NCBI GenBank assembly: GCA_050486305.1
Contig: JBJHDA010000001.1
Span: 179,071-243,070 of the forward strand
Origin: Candidatus Saccharimonadota bacterium
GTDB lineage: Bacteria > Patescibacteriota > Saccharimonadia > Saccharimonadales > SLHW01
DNA: 64,000 nt
Direction of reading: 5' to 3'
In this document: positions 39,579 through 48,315 of the stretch, one piece after another
How the letters are laid out: each line of letters starts with the position of its first letter
Position numbering within the stretch: the first letter of the stretch is position 1
Made by a program: the position numbers and the translations under genes
The notes under the pieces: generated by a model
Databases searched by the model: none
Told to the model about the DNA's origin: nothing
What the model saw: the letters and a program-made list of their open reading frames with translations, nothing else

Positions 39579-40117
39579 TCATGAATAAAAAGCACCTTAC
39601 CCTATCTCTAGCCTCAGCAGTTATCATTCTCGCTCCACAAAGAGTACTAGCACATTGTCCGCTATGCACGGCAGGCGCTGGTGCAATAGCAGCAGCCGCA
39701 CTCGCGCTGGGAGTAAGAATAGAAGCGGTGGGTATCTTGGTTGGCGCATTTGCAGCAGCTCTCGGATTTTATCTTGCGAATCGGATAAAACGACGCTACG
39801 TCAAAGGCCAGAAATGGCTTGTTGTTATCGGTACATTTCTCCTAACTATAGTGCCGCTGGTTCCGTTTATGTATGTCGAGCCTTACCCGCTTGTCATTTA
39901 TTGGTTCGGTGAAATGGGCTCGGCTTTCAATCGTGTTTATTTGGTAGATCGATTTGTATTCAGCTCGATTATTGGCGGAATGCTTATGACCATTTCACCT
40001 CTAATAAGCGCTGGTTTGACAAAGTTAAGGGAGGGCAAACGGCTGCCGTATCAAAGTCTTTTGGTGACGTTCATACTGTTATTCGTCGTATCATTTATCG
40101 TGCAGTTTGCAATCTAG
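39575..40117 (+). CDS. Membrane protein with N-terminal CxxC (HCPLC)
   Basis: 180 aa, ATGA overlap with the DUF411 gene. AHCPLCTAGAG immediately after the signal-like segment, then 4-5 TM. Confidence 0.5.
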   Translation: MIMNKKHLTLSLASAVIILAPQRVLAHCPLCTAGAGAIAAAALALGVRIEAVGILVGAFAAALGFYLANRIKRRYVKGQKWLVVIGTFLLTIVPLVPFMYVEPYPLVIYWFGEMGSAFNRVYLVDRFVFSSIIGGMLMTISPLISAGLTKLREGKRLPYQSLLVTFILLFVVSFIVQFAI

Positions 40118-40120
40118 GCT

Positions 40121-40552
40121 ATGGAAATTCTTGCAGTTTTTTTTGCGATAACAATCCTATTCATTGTGTTGTTAGCGATGAAAAAAGTAACAACTTATCG
40201 CTTCTGTGTTTTATGTGTTAGCGTTAGTCTTAGTTGGGTCGGACTCCTTCTGTTGCTCCAGCTTGGTTTTTTTGAGAATGTCGCTCTAGTTGCCTTGCTG
40301 ATGGGCCAGAGTGTTGTGGGTTTATACTATTTTGCAGAAAAGCGGCTGCCGCAGCAGTATATGGTCTTTCGCCTCGCTGGCCTTCTAACGCTTACGTACG
40401 CTGCTTATGCGATTCTTATCGGTTTTAATCTGCTACCCTTGTTTTTGCTTGTTCCAGTCTGGTCTATAAGCGGCTTACTTTATGCCTACAGAAATACACC
40501 GCGAGTAAAATCAACGGTAGAGCACATTTTGGCTTGTTGCCGCGACTGGTAG
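40121..40552 (+). CDS. Membrane protein with intramembrane CxxC (CVLC) and C-terminal CC
   Basis: 143 aa, 4 TM. RFCVLCVS in TM2, ends HILACCRDW. Confidence 0.5.
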   Translation: MEILAVFFAITILFIVLLAMKKVTTYRFCVLCVSVSLSWVGLLLLLQLGFFENVALVALLMGQSVVGLYYFAEKRLPQQYMVFRLAGLLTLTYAAYAILIGFNLLPLFLLVPVWSISGLLYAYRNTPRVKSTVEHILACCRDW

Positions 40553-40561
40553 AGGGTGCAT

Positions 40562-41887
40562 CTATTCGTAAATGAGCTCGGCGACCATGCCACCGGCTAC
40601 GTGCATAAGCTCATGGCAGTGGAACATCCAGCGTCCAGGGTTGTTGGCCGTAAATTCGACGTCATATATTTCGCCCGGAGTAAGCGGTTGATTGTTCCGT
40701 AGCTGTCGAGGCCCTGGCGGCACTTCGTTGCCGTCGATCGCTGCGATTTCGTACTGATGACCATGCAGGTGCATTGGGTGTATGGCGCTAGAGCTGGAAT
40801 TGATCATACGCACGCGAACTCGATCGCCTTCAGATACGCTGAAAACCTCTGGGTTTGGAAAAATCCTGCCGTTAATCGGATAAATACCTGCTTCAGGACG
40901 TTCGGTCAATACCATAGTGAATTCTTTGTCAGGCGGCTGGTAGCCGATTGGCTCTATGACAAACGGGCCTGACAGTCCCATGTCAACGTGTTTATATTCG
41001 TCACCATGGTGCGAACCGTGCGAGTGGTAGTATCGTGTACCTGCTGGATCTGCTGTGAACTCGTAGGTGAAGGAATCACCCGGCTTGACGGCATCCTGGG
41101 TTACGCCTGGCACACCATCTGCTTCTATCGGGACATCGATGCCATGCCAGTGTACGGTTGTCGCTTCTGGCAGCTTATTTTCAAATATAATACGAACTTG
41201 GTCGCCTTCAGTTACTCGAATCTCAGGGCCCGGCAACTGCCCGGCGAACCCCCAAGACTCCAGCTGTACACCATCTGCATACTCCCACACAATGTGCTCT
41301 GCAGTTAAACGAAACTCTTTTACGCCGTCTACGACTTCATACTCGAGCCGTTCTATTGCATCCTTATATGAACGTATCGGTAAATCCCCTTCATAGGGTT
41401 CAATTCCTCGGTCTATCGACATTTCATGACTAACCCTCGAGCTGCCTCCAGTGCCATCATCAGTCACAGTCAAAACGGCGTCATGTCCGTTATGGAACTT
41501 ACAGTTTACGAGCGTTTCCTCTACCGCACGATCAACGCGGAGGGTCGTTGTCTCTCCTGGGTTTATAACTTCGTCGAAATTTAACTCATCTATAGTCACA
41601 GAGTGCCGTAGACTTCCCTCGTTATAAAACTCAATTACATCACCGACGTTCGCCTCTAAATAGCCAGCCGGCAAGCCTGCATCAACTTGCTCAAAATACA
41701 TCTCACCAACGTTAACGGTTATTGTGGCAGACTCTGAATCACTGACAGTGGCTTCGTCAGTAAAAACAAAATATGCCTGCGCAGCGAGAGAAATTGTTAA
41801 GAGTGCGAGAGCAACCCCGACTATTTTTACGTAACGGCTTTTTTTCAGCAGTTGAACTAAGTCACTATTGAGTAATGTATTCAGCAT
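40562..41887 (-). CDS. Multicopper oxidase with extra N-terminal cupredoxin domain
   Basis: 441 aa. Copper-ligand motifs HWHG, HSHG, HPMHLHGH, HCHELMH. N-terminal TM plus a plastocyanin-like domain. Confidence 0.85.
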   Translation of the reverse strand: MLNTLLNSDLVQLLKKSRYVKIVGVALALLTISLAAQAYFVFTDEATVSDSESATITVNVGEMYFEQVDAGLPAGYLEANVGDVIEFYNEGSLRHSVTIDELNFDEVINPGETTTLRVDRAVEETLVNCKFHNGHDAVLTVTDDGTGGSSRVSHEMSIDRGIEPYEGDLPIRSYKDAIERLEYEVVDGVKEFRLTAEHIVWEYADGVQLESWGFAGQLPGPEIRVTEGDQVRIIFENKLPEATTVHWHGIDVPIEADGVPGVTQDAVKPGDSFTYEFTADPAGTRYYHSHGSHHGDEYKHVDMGLSGPFVIEPIGYQPPDKEFTMVLTERPEAGIYPINGRIFPNPEVFSVSEGDRVRVRMINSSSSAIHPMHLHGHQYEIAAIDGNEVPPGPRQLRNNQPLTPGEIYDVEFTANNPGRWMFHCHELMHVAGGMVAELIYE

Positions 41888-43982
41888 AATTATTAGGTAT
41901 GGTTAATATACCGTTCCCTCCCCAGGCTCCGTCGTGCAGTCGAATGTGTCCGAGCGTTTCAAGCTCGTCTACATCTATGACGCTTATGACTCGAGCGTAT
42001 TTATTTGATACGTATCCGTAGTAGCCGCCACCTTCCTTTTCGCCAAAAACAATACCGTGCGCGCCTGCGGCTGCTGGCAGCGTAGTAATTACTTCAAGGG
42101 TATCTAGTGAAATTACGCTAACGTCGCCAGTTCCAGTGTTTGGTACGAAGACATGCTCACCGTTTGGCGCAGGCATGGCCCATATCGGCAGTGAGCCGAC
42201 TTGCACATCTTTTACATGCTCCATTGTTTCAAGGTCAACAAACATCACCCTTCCTTCTAGCAGCAGGCTTATCATTGCGTATTTTCCATCATTAGTTATT
42301 TGGGTAGCAAGCGGGAGGCCGGGTGCATCAAATGTCTCAACCACTTCTTCTGTGTCGAGGTCGATAATATCGAACTTTTCAGATAATGTTGCGGCGACTG
42401 TCATCCACTTGCCGCTCGGATCAATCCATATACCATGCGGACCGAATGATGTCTGGATTTCTCCGATTTCTTCAAGGTCACTGTTTAGTATGACGACTTT
42501 GCTCTCGTTGTTTATCGTAACGTAGATTCTGTCTTTATCTGGGTCCGGGTGGACGAAAAGATGTGCTGGCGCGTTACCTAGCGTAACGGTGTCTACCACT
42601 TCTTTGGTCTCAATGTCTATTTTGGAGACTTTGTCGCTGTGCCATTGTGTCTGGAATATATAGCGATTATCGTATGTGTTCCATAAGTTGTGTGGATTGT
42701 TAAAGTTTTCGTCCGATATTATTTCTTTCGTCTGCCAAGTTGCAGCATCAAGTACAGTAATCGTACCCGGGAATTCTTGCCCTTCAATTCGTTCAAACTG
42801 CGTGTTGAGCCATATTTCACCAATGCCTGGAATCTCAGGTGCAGACAGCAGCTCGCTTTCATCAAATTCGTCATCCGGCGGCCAGAGTGAATCTACTGGG
42901 GCCTCTTCGCCTACTACCACCATACCCTTCATGTATGGATGGGTTGGGCAGATGTATTCGTAAACACCTTCCTCAGTAAATGTATGACGGAACTCCATCC
43001 CGTCTTCCAGATGTCCGACGGGTGCCATATCACTGGAGAACGATTCGGGCCCGCTTATGGAATGTATCGGGTGAGTATGAACCGTATGATTCTCAGAGCC
43101 ATGAGCCCTTACCTTGCTTGGTCTTGGCCAAAAACTTGTAAATGCGTCGTATTCGACCTCATCTTCACCGCAGTGGTGCCATATCACGGTATCGCCTTTA
43201 TTGATCTCCAGCACATCCTGATGGAACCACGGCGGCGCTTCGCTAACGCAAACGAAATGCTCCCGCGCTTCTCCTTGGGTTCGGTTGCTGATTGTTAAAA
43301 CAAGCCCAACCGCAAGAACAGCAATGATGGTGACTGCCATTAGCGCCTTGTTGAGCCACGGTAGTTTTGGTTTTTTCGGAAGTTCGGTACTATTTGTAGT
43401 TAATAGCGGTGCACCTCGTAAGCTAGAAAATAGTAAGAAATAGAGCCCTAGGTAGCCCGTCAATACTGCACCTAGCACAAGCAACAGATAAAAGTTCATA
43501 ATAAACAAGTACGAAAAGTCGGTTACTTGCATCATGACGCCAAGAATCAGCACGGTGAACCACGATACGCCAGACAGTCCTCCGGTAGATGCTAGCAGCC
43601 ACAGTTTATTGCGCACTTCATCTGTCGCAAGGCTCTTATCCTGGTGACGCTGCAGCATAGGCAAGATTTTCTTGTGGAAGATATAGCCGTTTATCGAAAG
43701 TATTGTTACGATGGTCATTTTTACCCAAAAGAGCTGGCTGCCGTCGCTCAAGCTGAAGTAGTGCGGGTTCACAATAACCAAAGATATACCGCTAAGAACC
43801 AGCAGTGTTAGCCCGGTAACGACGACCTTCGATATTGTCTCTATCAGTCTTAGTTGGCCACTAGTGATTGTCTTATCCCAGATGCTACGCAGGAACGTAG
43901 CATCGGTGGTCGCCGCACCACCTACTCCCATGGCGACACCGACAAGATGAATAATTAACAAAATCGGCTGTATAAATTCCAT
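41865..43982 (-). CDS. Fusion protein: polytopic membrane domain + type-1 cupredoxin + YVTN-type beta-propeller
   Basis: 705 aa. About 7 TM in the first 240 aa. GDTVIWHHC...YEYICPTHPYMKGMVVV (C-x2-H-x2-M blue-copper pattern). Then repeated ~40-aa units (RIYVTINNESKVVILN, KFDIIDLDT, GRVMFVDLET, GDVSVISLDT, ARVISVIDVD). Confidence 0.75.
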   Translation of the reverse strand: MEFIQPILLIIHLVGVAMGVGGAATTDATFLRSIWDKTITSGQLRLIETISKVVVTGLTLLVLSGISLVIVNPHYFSLSDGSQLFWVKMTIVTILSINGYIFHKKILPMLQRHQDKSLATDEVRNKLWLLASTGGLSGVSWFTVLILGVMMQVTDFSYLFIMNFYLLLVLGAVLTGYLGLYFLLFSSLRGAPLLTTNSTELPKKPKLPWLNKALMAVTIIAVLAVGLVLTISNRTQGEAREHFVCVSEAPPWFHQDVLEINKGDTVIWHHCGEDEVEYDAFTSFWPRPSKVRAHGSENHTVHTHPIHSISGPESFSSDMAPVGHLEDGMEFRHTFTEEGVYEYICPTHPYMKGMVVVGEEAPVDSLWPPDDEFDESELLSAPEIPGIGEIWLNTQFERIEGQEFPGTITVLDAATWQTKEIISDENFNNPHNLWNTYDNRYIFQTQWHSDKVSKIDIETKEVVDTVTLGNAPAHLFVHPDPDKDRIYVTINNESKVVILNSDLEEIGEIQTSFGPHGIWIDPSGKWMTVAATLSEKFDIIDLDTEEVVETFDAPGLPLATQITNDGKYAMISLLLEGRVMFVDLETMEHVKDVQVGSLPIWAMPAPNGEHVFVPNTGTGDVSVISLDTLEVITTLPAAAGAHGIVFGEKEGGGYYGYVSNKYARVISVIDVDELETLGHIRLHDGAWGGNGILTIPNNYAEYITQ

Positions 43983-44060
43983 ATTTTTGTATGCTCAACC
44001 TTACTATATAAGCCGAGTATACACCATAAGCGTTTTCTGTTTAAGTATTTACCGCTTATG

Positions 44061-44474
44061 TTATGCCCAAGCTGTTAGGATAGCCGATGCCACCAGTATG
44101 CCGACAAGGTAGTAGCCTGTATCAATCGCGGTGAGCTTATGCGGTCGGCCAGCGAATATCGCGTTGTTTAGCATGGTAGCCCCGACAAAGCCAAGCCACA
44201 GCCAGGCACCCGTGGCTAGGCTTTCGCCAATTGTTCCTACTCCGATGAGTGCTAAGACATGCGCTAACACGTAGCACAAAACAAACAGTAGTATAAAAGT
44301 GGCGATAAACGGTCCGGCACTCGGCGAATCTGACTTTTCCTTCAGTTTTTCAGCCATTCCTGACAGTTTCGTCCATTGCTTGGCGAACAGTACCGTGTAC
44401 CAGAGCCCTCCGATCAAGAAAAAGACGACAGTGGCAACCAGTACTGCCAGTAGGTTTACATCGACATCGAACAT
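44061..44474 (-). CDS. DUF1761 family membrane protein
   Basis: 137 aa. VNLLAVLVATVVFFLIGGLWYTVLFAKQW... is typical of DUF1761. Confidence 0.6.
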   Translation of the reverse strand: MFDVDVNLLAVLVATVVFFLIGGLWYTVLFAKQWTKLSGMAEKLKEKSDSPSAGPFIATFILLFVLCYVLAHVLALIGVGTIGESLATGAWLWLGFVGATMLNNAIFAGRPHKLTAIDTGYYLVGILVASAILTAWA

Positions 44475-44572
44475 CTTGATCCCTCCGCTACTTACTATTA
44501 CGTAGCATTATACTACGCTAGTGCTTACCGAGTCACGATGTTATCCGCTGCACCGACGTTATTTGGCTACCG

Positions 44573-45235
44573 TTAGCTGTTTTTTGCTTTTGTCCGGACA
44601 AGGTGCGAGGCGATGAAAGCGACGAACAAGCCAAATATGACGGCTCCTGCAAACATGGCAAATATGCCGACTGCCCTTCCCCCGGAGGTCATCGGGTATA
44701 CTTCGCCGACACCGGTATTCGTCATAACCTCAGAGATAAACCAGAAACTGTCATAAAAATTATTAACAAACGGGTTTATGTGTTGCTCGAAGTAATAAAA
44801 TGCCAGCGACCCACCAAGCAGAACAGTACCCAGCATCGTAACGATCAGTGCCATTCGCGTTTCCTTAAGGATACGGCCGAGCGACCGAGAAAAGAGACTT
44901 ATTCTCGCGATCATGCTCGTCATTCTAATTATTCTGAGAACCCTGATCAGCATCAGACCCCTTAGAGCCTGCGTGCCAGTAGCAGTAACTGGAATTGATG
45001 CTAGAATTTGCCACCAGTTTTCTTTCATGAATTTCTTTTTCGCCCTGCTCTCAGATAAGCGTACAAGGAATTCTAGACCAAACACCAGCGCAATACCCAG
45101 GTCGATTATCCGGACCATCACCAGCGCTTCACCGGTCAAATCGCCTGTTAGCTCAAGCAACAGCAAGCCAACACTGATGAGCGCCAGGCTAACGAGTAAA
45201 GAATCATTAAATATCCTGATTTTGTTTGTATTCAT
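44573..45235 (-). CDS. Voltage-gated-type ion channel family protein (atypical selectivity filter)
   Basis: 220 aa. S4-like LIRVLRIIRMTSMIARISLFSR, pore helix FWFISEVMTNTGVGEVYP (TGVGE instead of TVGYG), final TM. Confidence 0.65.
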   Translation of the reverse strand: MNTNKIRIFNDSLLVSLALISVGLLLLELTGDLTGEALVMVRIIDLGIALVFGLEFLVRLSESRAKKKFMKENWWQILASIPVTATGTQALRGLMLIRVLRIIRMTSMIARISLFSRSLGRILKETRMALIVTMLGTVLLGGSLAFYYFEQHINPFVNNFYDSFWFISEVMTNTGVGEVYPMTSGGRAVGIFAMFAGAVIFGLFVAFIASHLVRTKAKNS

Positions 45236-45309
45236 TACTCATATAATACATGAGAGGCCACTTTTTATATAACCATAAGCTGACCCCTGAGCTCGTGTAT
45301 AATTTAAAT

Positions 45310-45702
45310 ATGGTACACGAAGACATCCAGGCGTATAACGACTCACTAGCTGAAGGCGATAAAGAAATAGGCAAACTGCTTTGCAAAGAGATCGATCGTA
45401 GCTTGCCAAGAGCGGAAAATAAAATATGGCACGCCCACCCTGTCTGGTTTTTAGACGGCAATCCGATCGTCGGTTACAGCAAGCTAAAAGACTGCGTCCG
45501 GCTGATGTTTTGGAGCGGCCAGTCGTTTGGTGAGCCGGGCCTATCGCCAGAAGGAAGCTTTAAGGCTGCTGAAGCTCGCTACACTGATGCTAGCCAGGTA
45601 GATGTAGAGGATTTGAAGCGTTGGCTCGAAAAGTCAGAAAAGATTCAATGGGATTACAAGAACATTGTTAAACGCCGCGGCGAATTAGTGAGATTGAAGT
45701 AG
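45310..45702 (+). CDS. DUF1801 (YdhG-like) domain protein
   Basis: Trimmed to MVHEDIQAYNDSL...KIWHAHPVWFLDGNPIVGYSKLKDCVRLMFWSG. TATAAT lies 6 nt upstream of the ATG. Confidence 0.6.
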   Translation: MVHEDIQAYNDSLAEGDKEIGKLLCKEIDRSLPRAENKIWHAHPVWFLDGNPIVGYSKLKDCVRLMFWSGQSFGEPGLSPEGSFKAAEARYTDASQVDVEDLKRWLEKSEKIQWDYKNIVKRRGELVRLK

Positions 45703-45817
45703 GTATCGCCTCGGTTAATCGTTGGCGCCCCTGTTCAAACCGGTAAGGTAACGAGCCCTTTTCTTTAGGCCGAGTCACTATACTTTGTTGATAAGTACAG
45801 TAAGTATAATAAGTCTC

Positions 45818-46387
45818 ATGAGTAAGAGCATTAAAGAAAGGCTAACTGGAGGACACCCCAACTCACTTGGCGAAGTCGTAGCTGTAACAGAAAATGTCCT
45901 AAAGGATAGCAGCAGGCAGCTGTTTAATGAGCTTTGTGATACCTACAATTCAGATAACGAAGTTGTTCGCTTGCGTGTCAGTAGTGCGTTAAAAAGGGTT
46001 TGTGGGCTTCACCGCGATTCGCTGTCGGCGAGTGTTCAACCGAAACCTGAATGGATACTCAATAGATTTGATTGGCTAATTAAAGATATTGGATGGACCC
46101 TGGATCAGCCTTCTGCAAAGTGGGCTATTGCTCAAATTATTCAGGAACTTCAGCATAAAATAAATAAAGAGCAACGCGATAAAGCTATAAAGCTACTTAA
46201 AAACAATCTAGAGACTGAAGCAGACTGGATTGTGCAGAACACGACAGCCGACACCTTGGCTGACTTTGCTGCTAGTGACGTCGAATTAAAAAGATGGTTA
46301 GCTCCTAGACTAGAAAAAATGAAAAAAGACAGAAGAAGATCAGTATCATCTAAAGCTGCAAAGTTACTCAAAAGCCTAGATGGCTAA
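45818..46387 (+). CDS. Hypothetical helical-repeat protein
   Basis: Trimmed to MSKSIKERLTGGHPNSLGEV.... TATAAT lies 7 nt upstream of the ATG. HEAT/alkylation-repair-like helical character, by eye only. Confidence 0.45.
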   Translation: MSKSIKERLTGGHPNSLGEVVAVTENVLKDSSRQLFNELCDTYNSDNEVVRLRVSSALKRVCGLHRDSLSASVQPKPEWILNRFDWLIKDIGWTLDQPSAKWAIAQIIQELQHKINKEQRDKAIKLLKNNLETEADWIVQNTTADTLADFAASDVELKRWLAPRLEKMKKDRRRSVSSKAAKLLKSLDG

Positions 46388-46415
46388 ACTTTGAAGTTCA
46401 GTTCTGGCTTGGGTA

Positions 46416-46452
46416 TACAAAAAGTCAGAACCGTTTTCACCGTTCTGACTTT
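46416..46452 (-). terminator. Hairpin terminator (better on minus strand; may act bidirectionally)
   Basis: AAAGTCAGAAC...GTTCTGACTTT 11-bp stem. The minus-strand reading is followed by TTTTTG. Confidence 0.45.
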
Positions 46453-46489
46453 GCCTGCTCAATCTTGGCTCAACACACTGGTCTAGTAC

Positions 46490-46527
46490 GAAAATAAAAA
46501 ATCCAGTAGTGTGAATGCTTACTGGAT
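46490..46527 (-). terminator. Rho-independent terminator downstream of NERD-helicase gene
   Basis: ATCCAGTA-11 nt-TACTGGAT stem, followed on the minus strand by TTTTTTATTTT. Confidence 0.55.
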
Positions 46528-46548
46528 ACCCTGTAAAATTTATACTAT

Positions 46549-46575
46549 TGGCTCCGCGTACTGGTCTAGAACCCA
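46549..46575 (-). other. tRNA 3'-half-like fragment (possible degenerate att repeat of tRNA-Asn 3' end)
   Basis: Minus-strand TGGGTTCTAGACCAGTACGCGGAGCCA: T-loop-like TTCTAGA, 7-nt acceptor strand, discriminator G, CCA. About two-thirds of positions match the last 27 nt of the tRNA-Asn at 55457..55531, in the same orientation. No 5' half is present. Confidence 0.35.
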
Positions 46576-46616
46576 TAAACAGGGGTAAAGTGAGACAAAT
46601 GAGACACCTGTGGCTA

Positions 46617-48215
46617 CTATTTGATATTTTTGCCCGTAAAGACGATTAATCGCGATCGTGCTCTTGTCATGCCTACAAGTAGCGCCTCCTCTTTGTCTTC
46701 TTTAGAGAAAACGTCGGTACATATTACGACTTTACTATCGAGGCCTTTTAAGTCGTAGGCATTGCCGTTGATTATCGAGTTTGATTTCTCGAATTTTTCC
46801 CACTCTACATCCCTGACCAAAGTAAACGTTACACCGTCTTTTAGCTTAGTGTTTTTCCTATTTCTTTCTGACATTACGCTTGTAGAGTGTTTTGAGATGC
46901 TGACAACCATGATTTCCCTAGGCGCAACCCCAGACTTAAGTAGTTCATTTATTTTGCCTACTACTTCTTGGGGGTACTTGCTATAGTCCACGTTTATTCC
47001 TTTATACGGAATTTTATGTATCTCAGGTTCTATACCAAGAGGATTTCGCCTTACTTTACCTACTCGTAATGGTGTCATTTTTCTAATGTAGGCATTTATG
47101 CTGGCGCTGTTTCGATAGTTGTATTTCAGGGGATATAAAACGACATCGTCTCTTTTTATTAACTGTTCTAGCGTGCTCCTCTCACTTCTTCCAAATGTAT
47201 CTTGGTTCAGGTCAATATAAATTCTGAATCTACCGCTAATAAAGCCACCATTGAGATAACCTTCTAGAGTTTTTATTTCATCATTATTTAAATAATCTTG
47301 AGCCTCATCCAATATTAAGTAATCATATTTATCATGGTCTACGCTGAGCATTGTTGTTGTCGTAACATGAACGTATTTTGGTTTATGGTTTAATCTTGCA
47401 GTTACATCGAAGGCAACTTTGTTCCTGATAGCTCGATTGAAGCAAACATAAAGTGTCTTTACGCCAGCTTTTTCATTTTCCACTAGCTGCTCGACGGCCA
47501 GTATAGTTTTACCCGAGCCAGGTGGACCTTCTACAACCATCCTTTTTACAGCTGCTAGAGCATCAAATGCAATATTTTGTTCCTCGCTTAATAACAATAC
47601 TTTTTCGTCGACAGCAGAGCTAATATCCCTTATATAGTCCTTATAATTAGGAACTAATATTTCTTTGATCTTTTCCTGAGTGTTATCTGAGAGGGAACGA
47701 TGTCCTCCGAAGCGATTTTGAGTATAAGCTATAAGTCTACTCACGTATTTTCGTGGATTAAGCATAAAACCTGTATCGAAATATTGCTCTATGTCCCATG
47801 CTGTATCGGGTGCTTTGTTTAGCTTGTACTCCGGGAATGCACATGCATAATGACCAAGTGGATTTTGTTCGAGCGCAACTCCTCTACTCTGCAAGAAGCG
47901 CCAAAGCCCATAGAAGTTACTTTTAGCTTGACCAAAGGGGTCTATTTTGTGCTGACTACCCCAGTGATCTTTCGTATACCAGATTCCATCTTCTATCGAG
48001 ATTTCACCACCCTTAACTTCTAGTACGTATATGCCAGCAGACCCCACAAATACAAAATCAATTTCGCGGTCTTGCCCTCTATTTGGTGTAAAGGAGCAGC
48101 TTGCGACTACAAAACTAATCTTGCCCTTTAGCTCAGAAGATCTGACCGTTTCGAGCACACTCAATACTTCTTTTTCTACTGAAGGCATGCGTTTCTGAGT
48201 GCCGTATACAATCAT
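46617..48215 (-). CDS. NERD-domain nuclease fused to SF1 (DUF2075/UvrD-like) helicase; Nhi-like
   Basis: 532 aa. NERD pattern REIDFVFVGSAGIYVLEVKGG, Walker A GPPGSGKT, Walker B YLILDEAQDY, C-terminal helicase motif LLVGMTRARSRLIVF. Confidence 0.8.
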   Translation of the reverse strand: MIVYGTQKRMPSVEKEVLSVLETVRSSELKGKISFVVASCSFTPNRGQDREIDFVFVGSAGIYVLEVKGGEISIEDGIWYTKDHWGSQHKIDPFGQAKSNFYGLWRFLQSRGVALEQNPLGHYACAFPEYKLNKAPDTAWDIEQYFDTGFMLNPRKYVSRLIAYTQNRFGGHRSLSDNTQEKIKEILVPNYKDYIRDISSAVDEKVLLLSEEQNIAFDALAAVKRMVVEGPPGSGKTILAVEQLVENEKAGVKTLYVCFNRAIRNKVAFDVTARLNHKPKYVHVTTTTMLSVDHDKYDYLILDEAQDYLNNDEIKTLEGYLNGGFISGRFRIYIDLNQDTFGRSERSTLEQLIKRDDVVLYPLKYNYRNSASINAYIRKMTPLRVGKVRRNPLGIEPEIHKIPYKGINVDYSKYPQEVVGKINELLKSGVAPREIMVVSISKHSTSVMSERNRKNTKLKDGVTFTLVRDVEWEKFEKSNSIINGNAYDLKGLDSKVVICTDVFSKEDKEEALLVGMTRARSRLIVFTGKNIK

Positions 48216-48315
48216 TGTCCTGGTATCATATCACGCGTGTGTTGTTCATTAACTTCGACAATTAAGCAACTAGCTTGTATTGTTTATGTTCGAGTTGTCC
48301 AAGATCTCTTAATGG

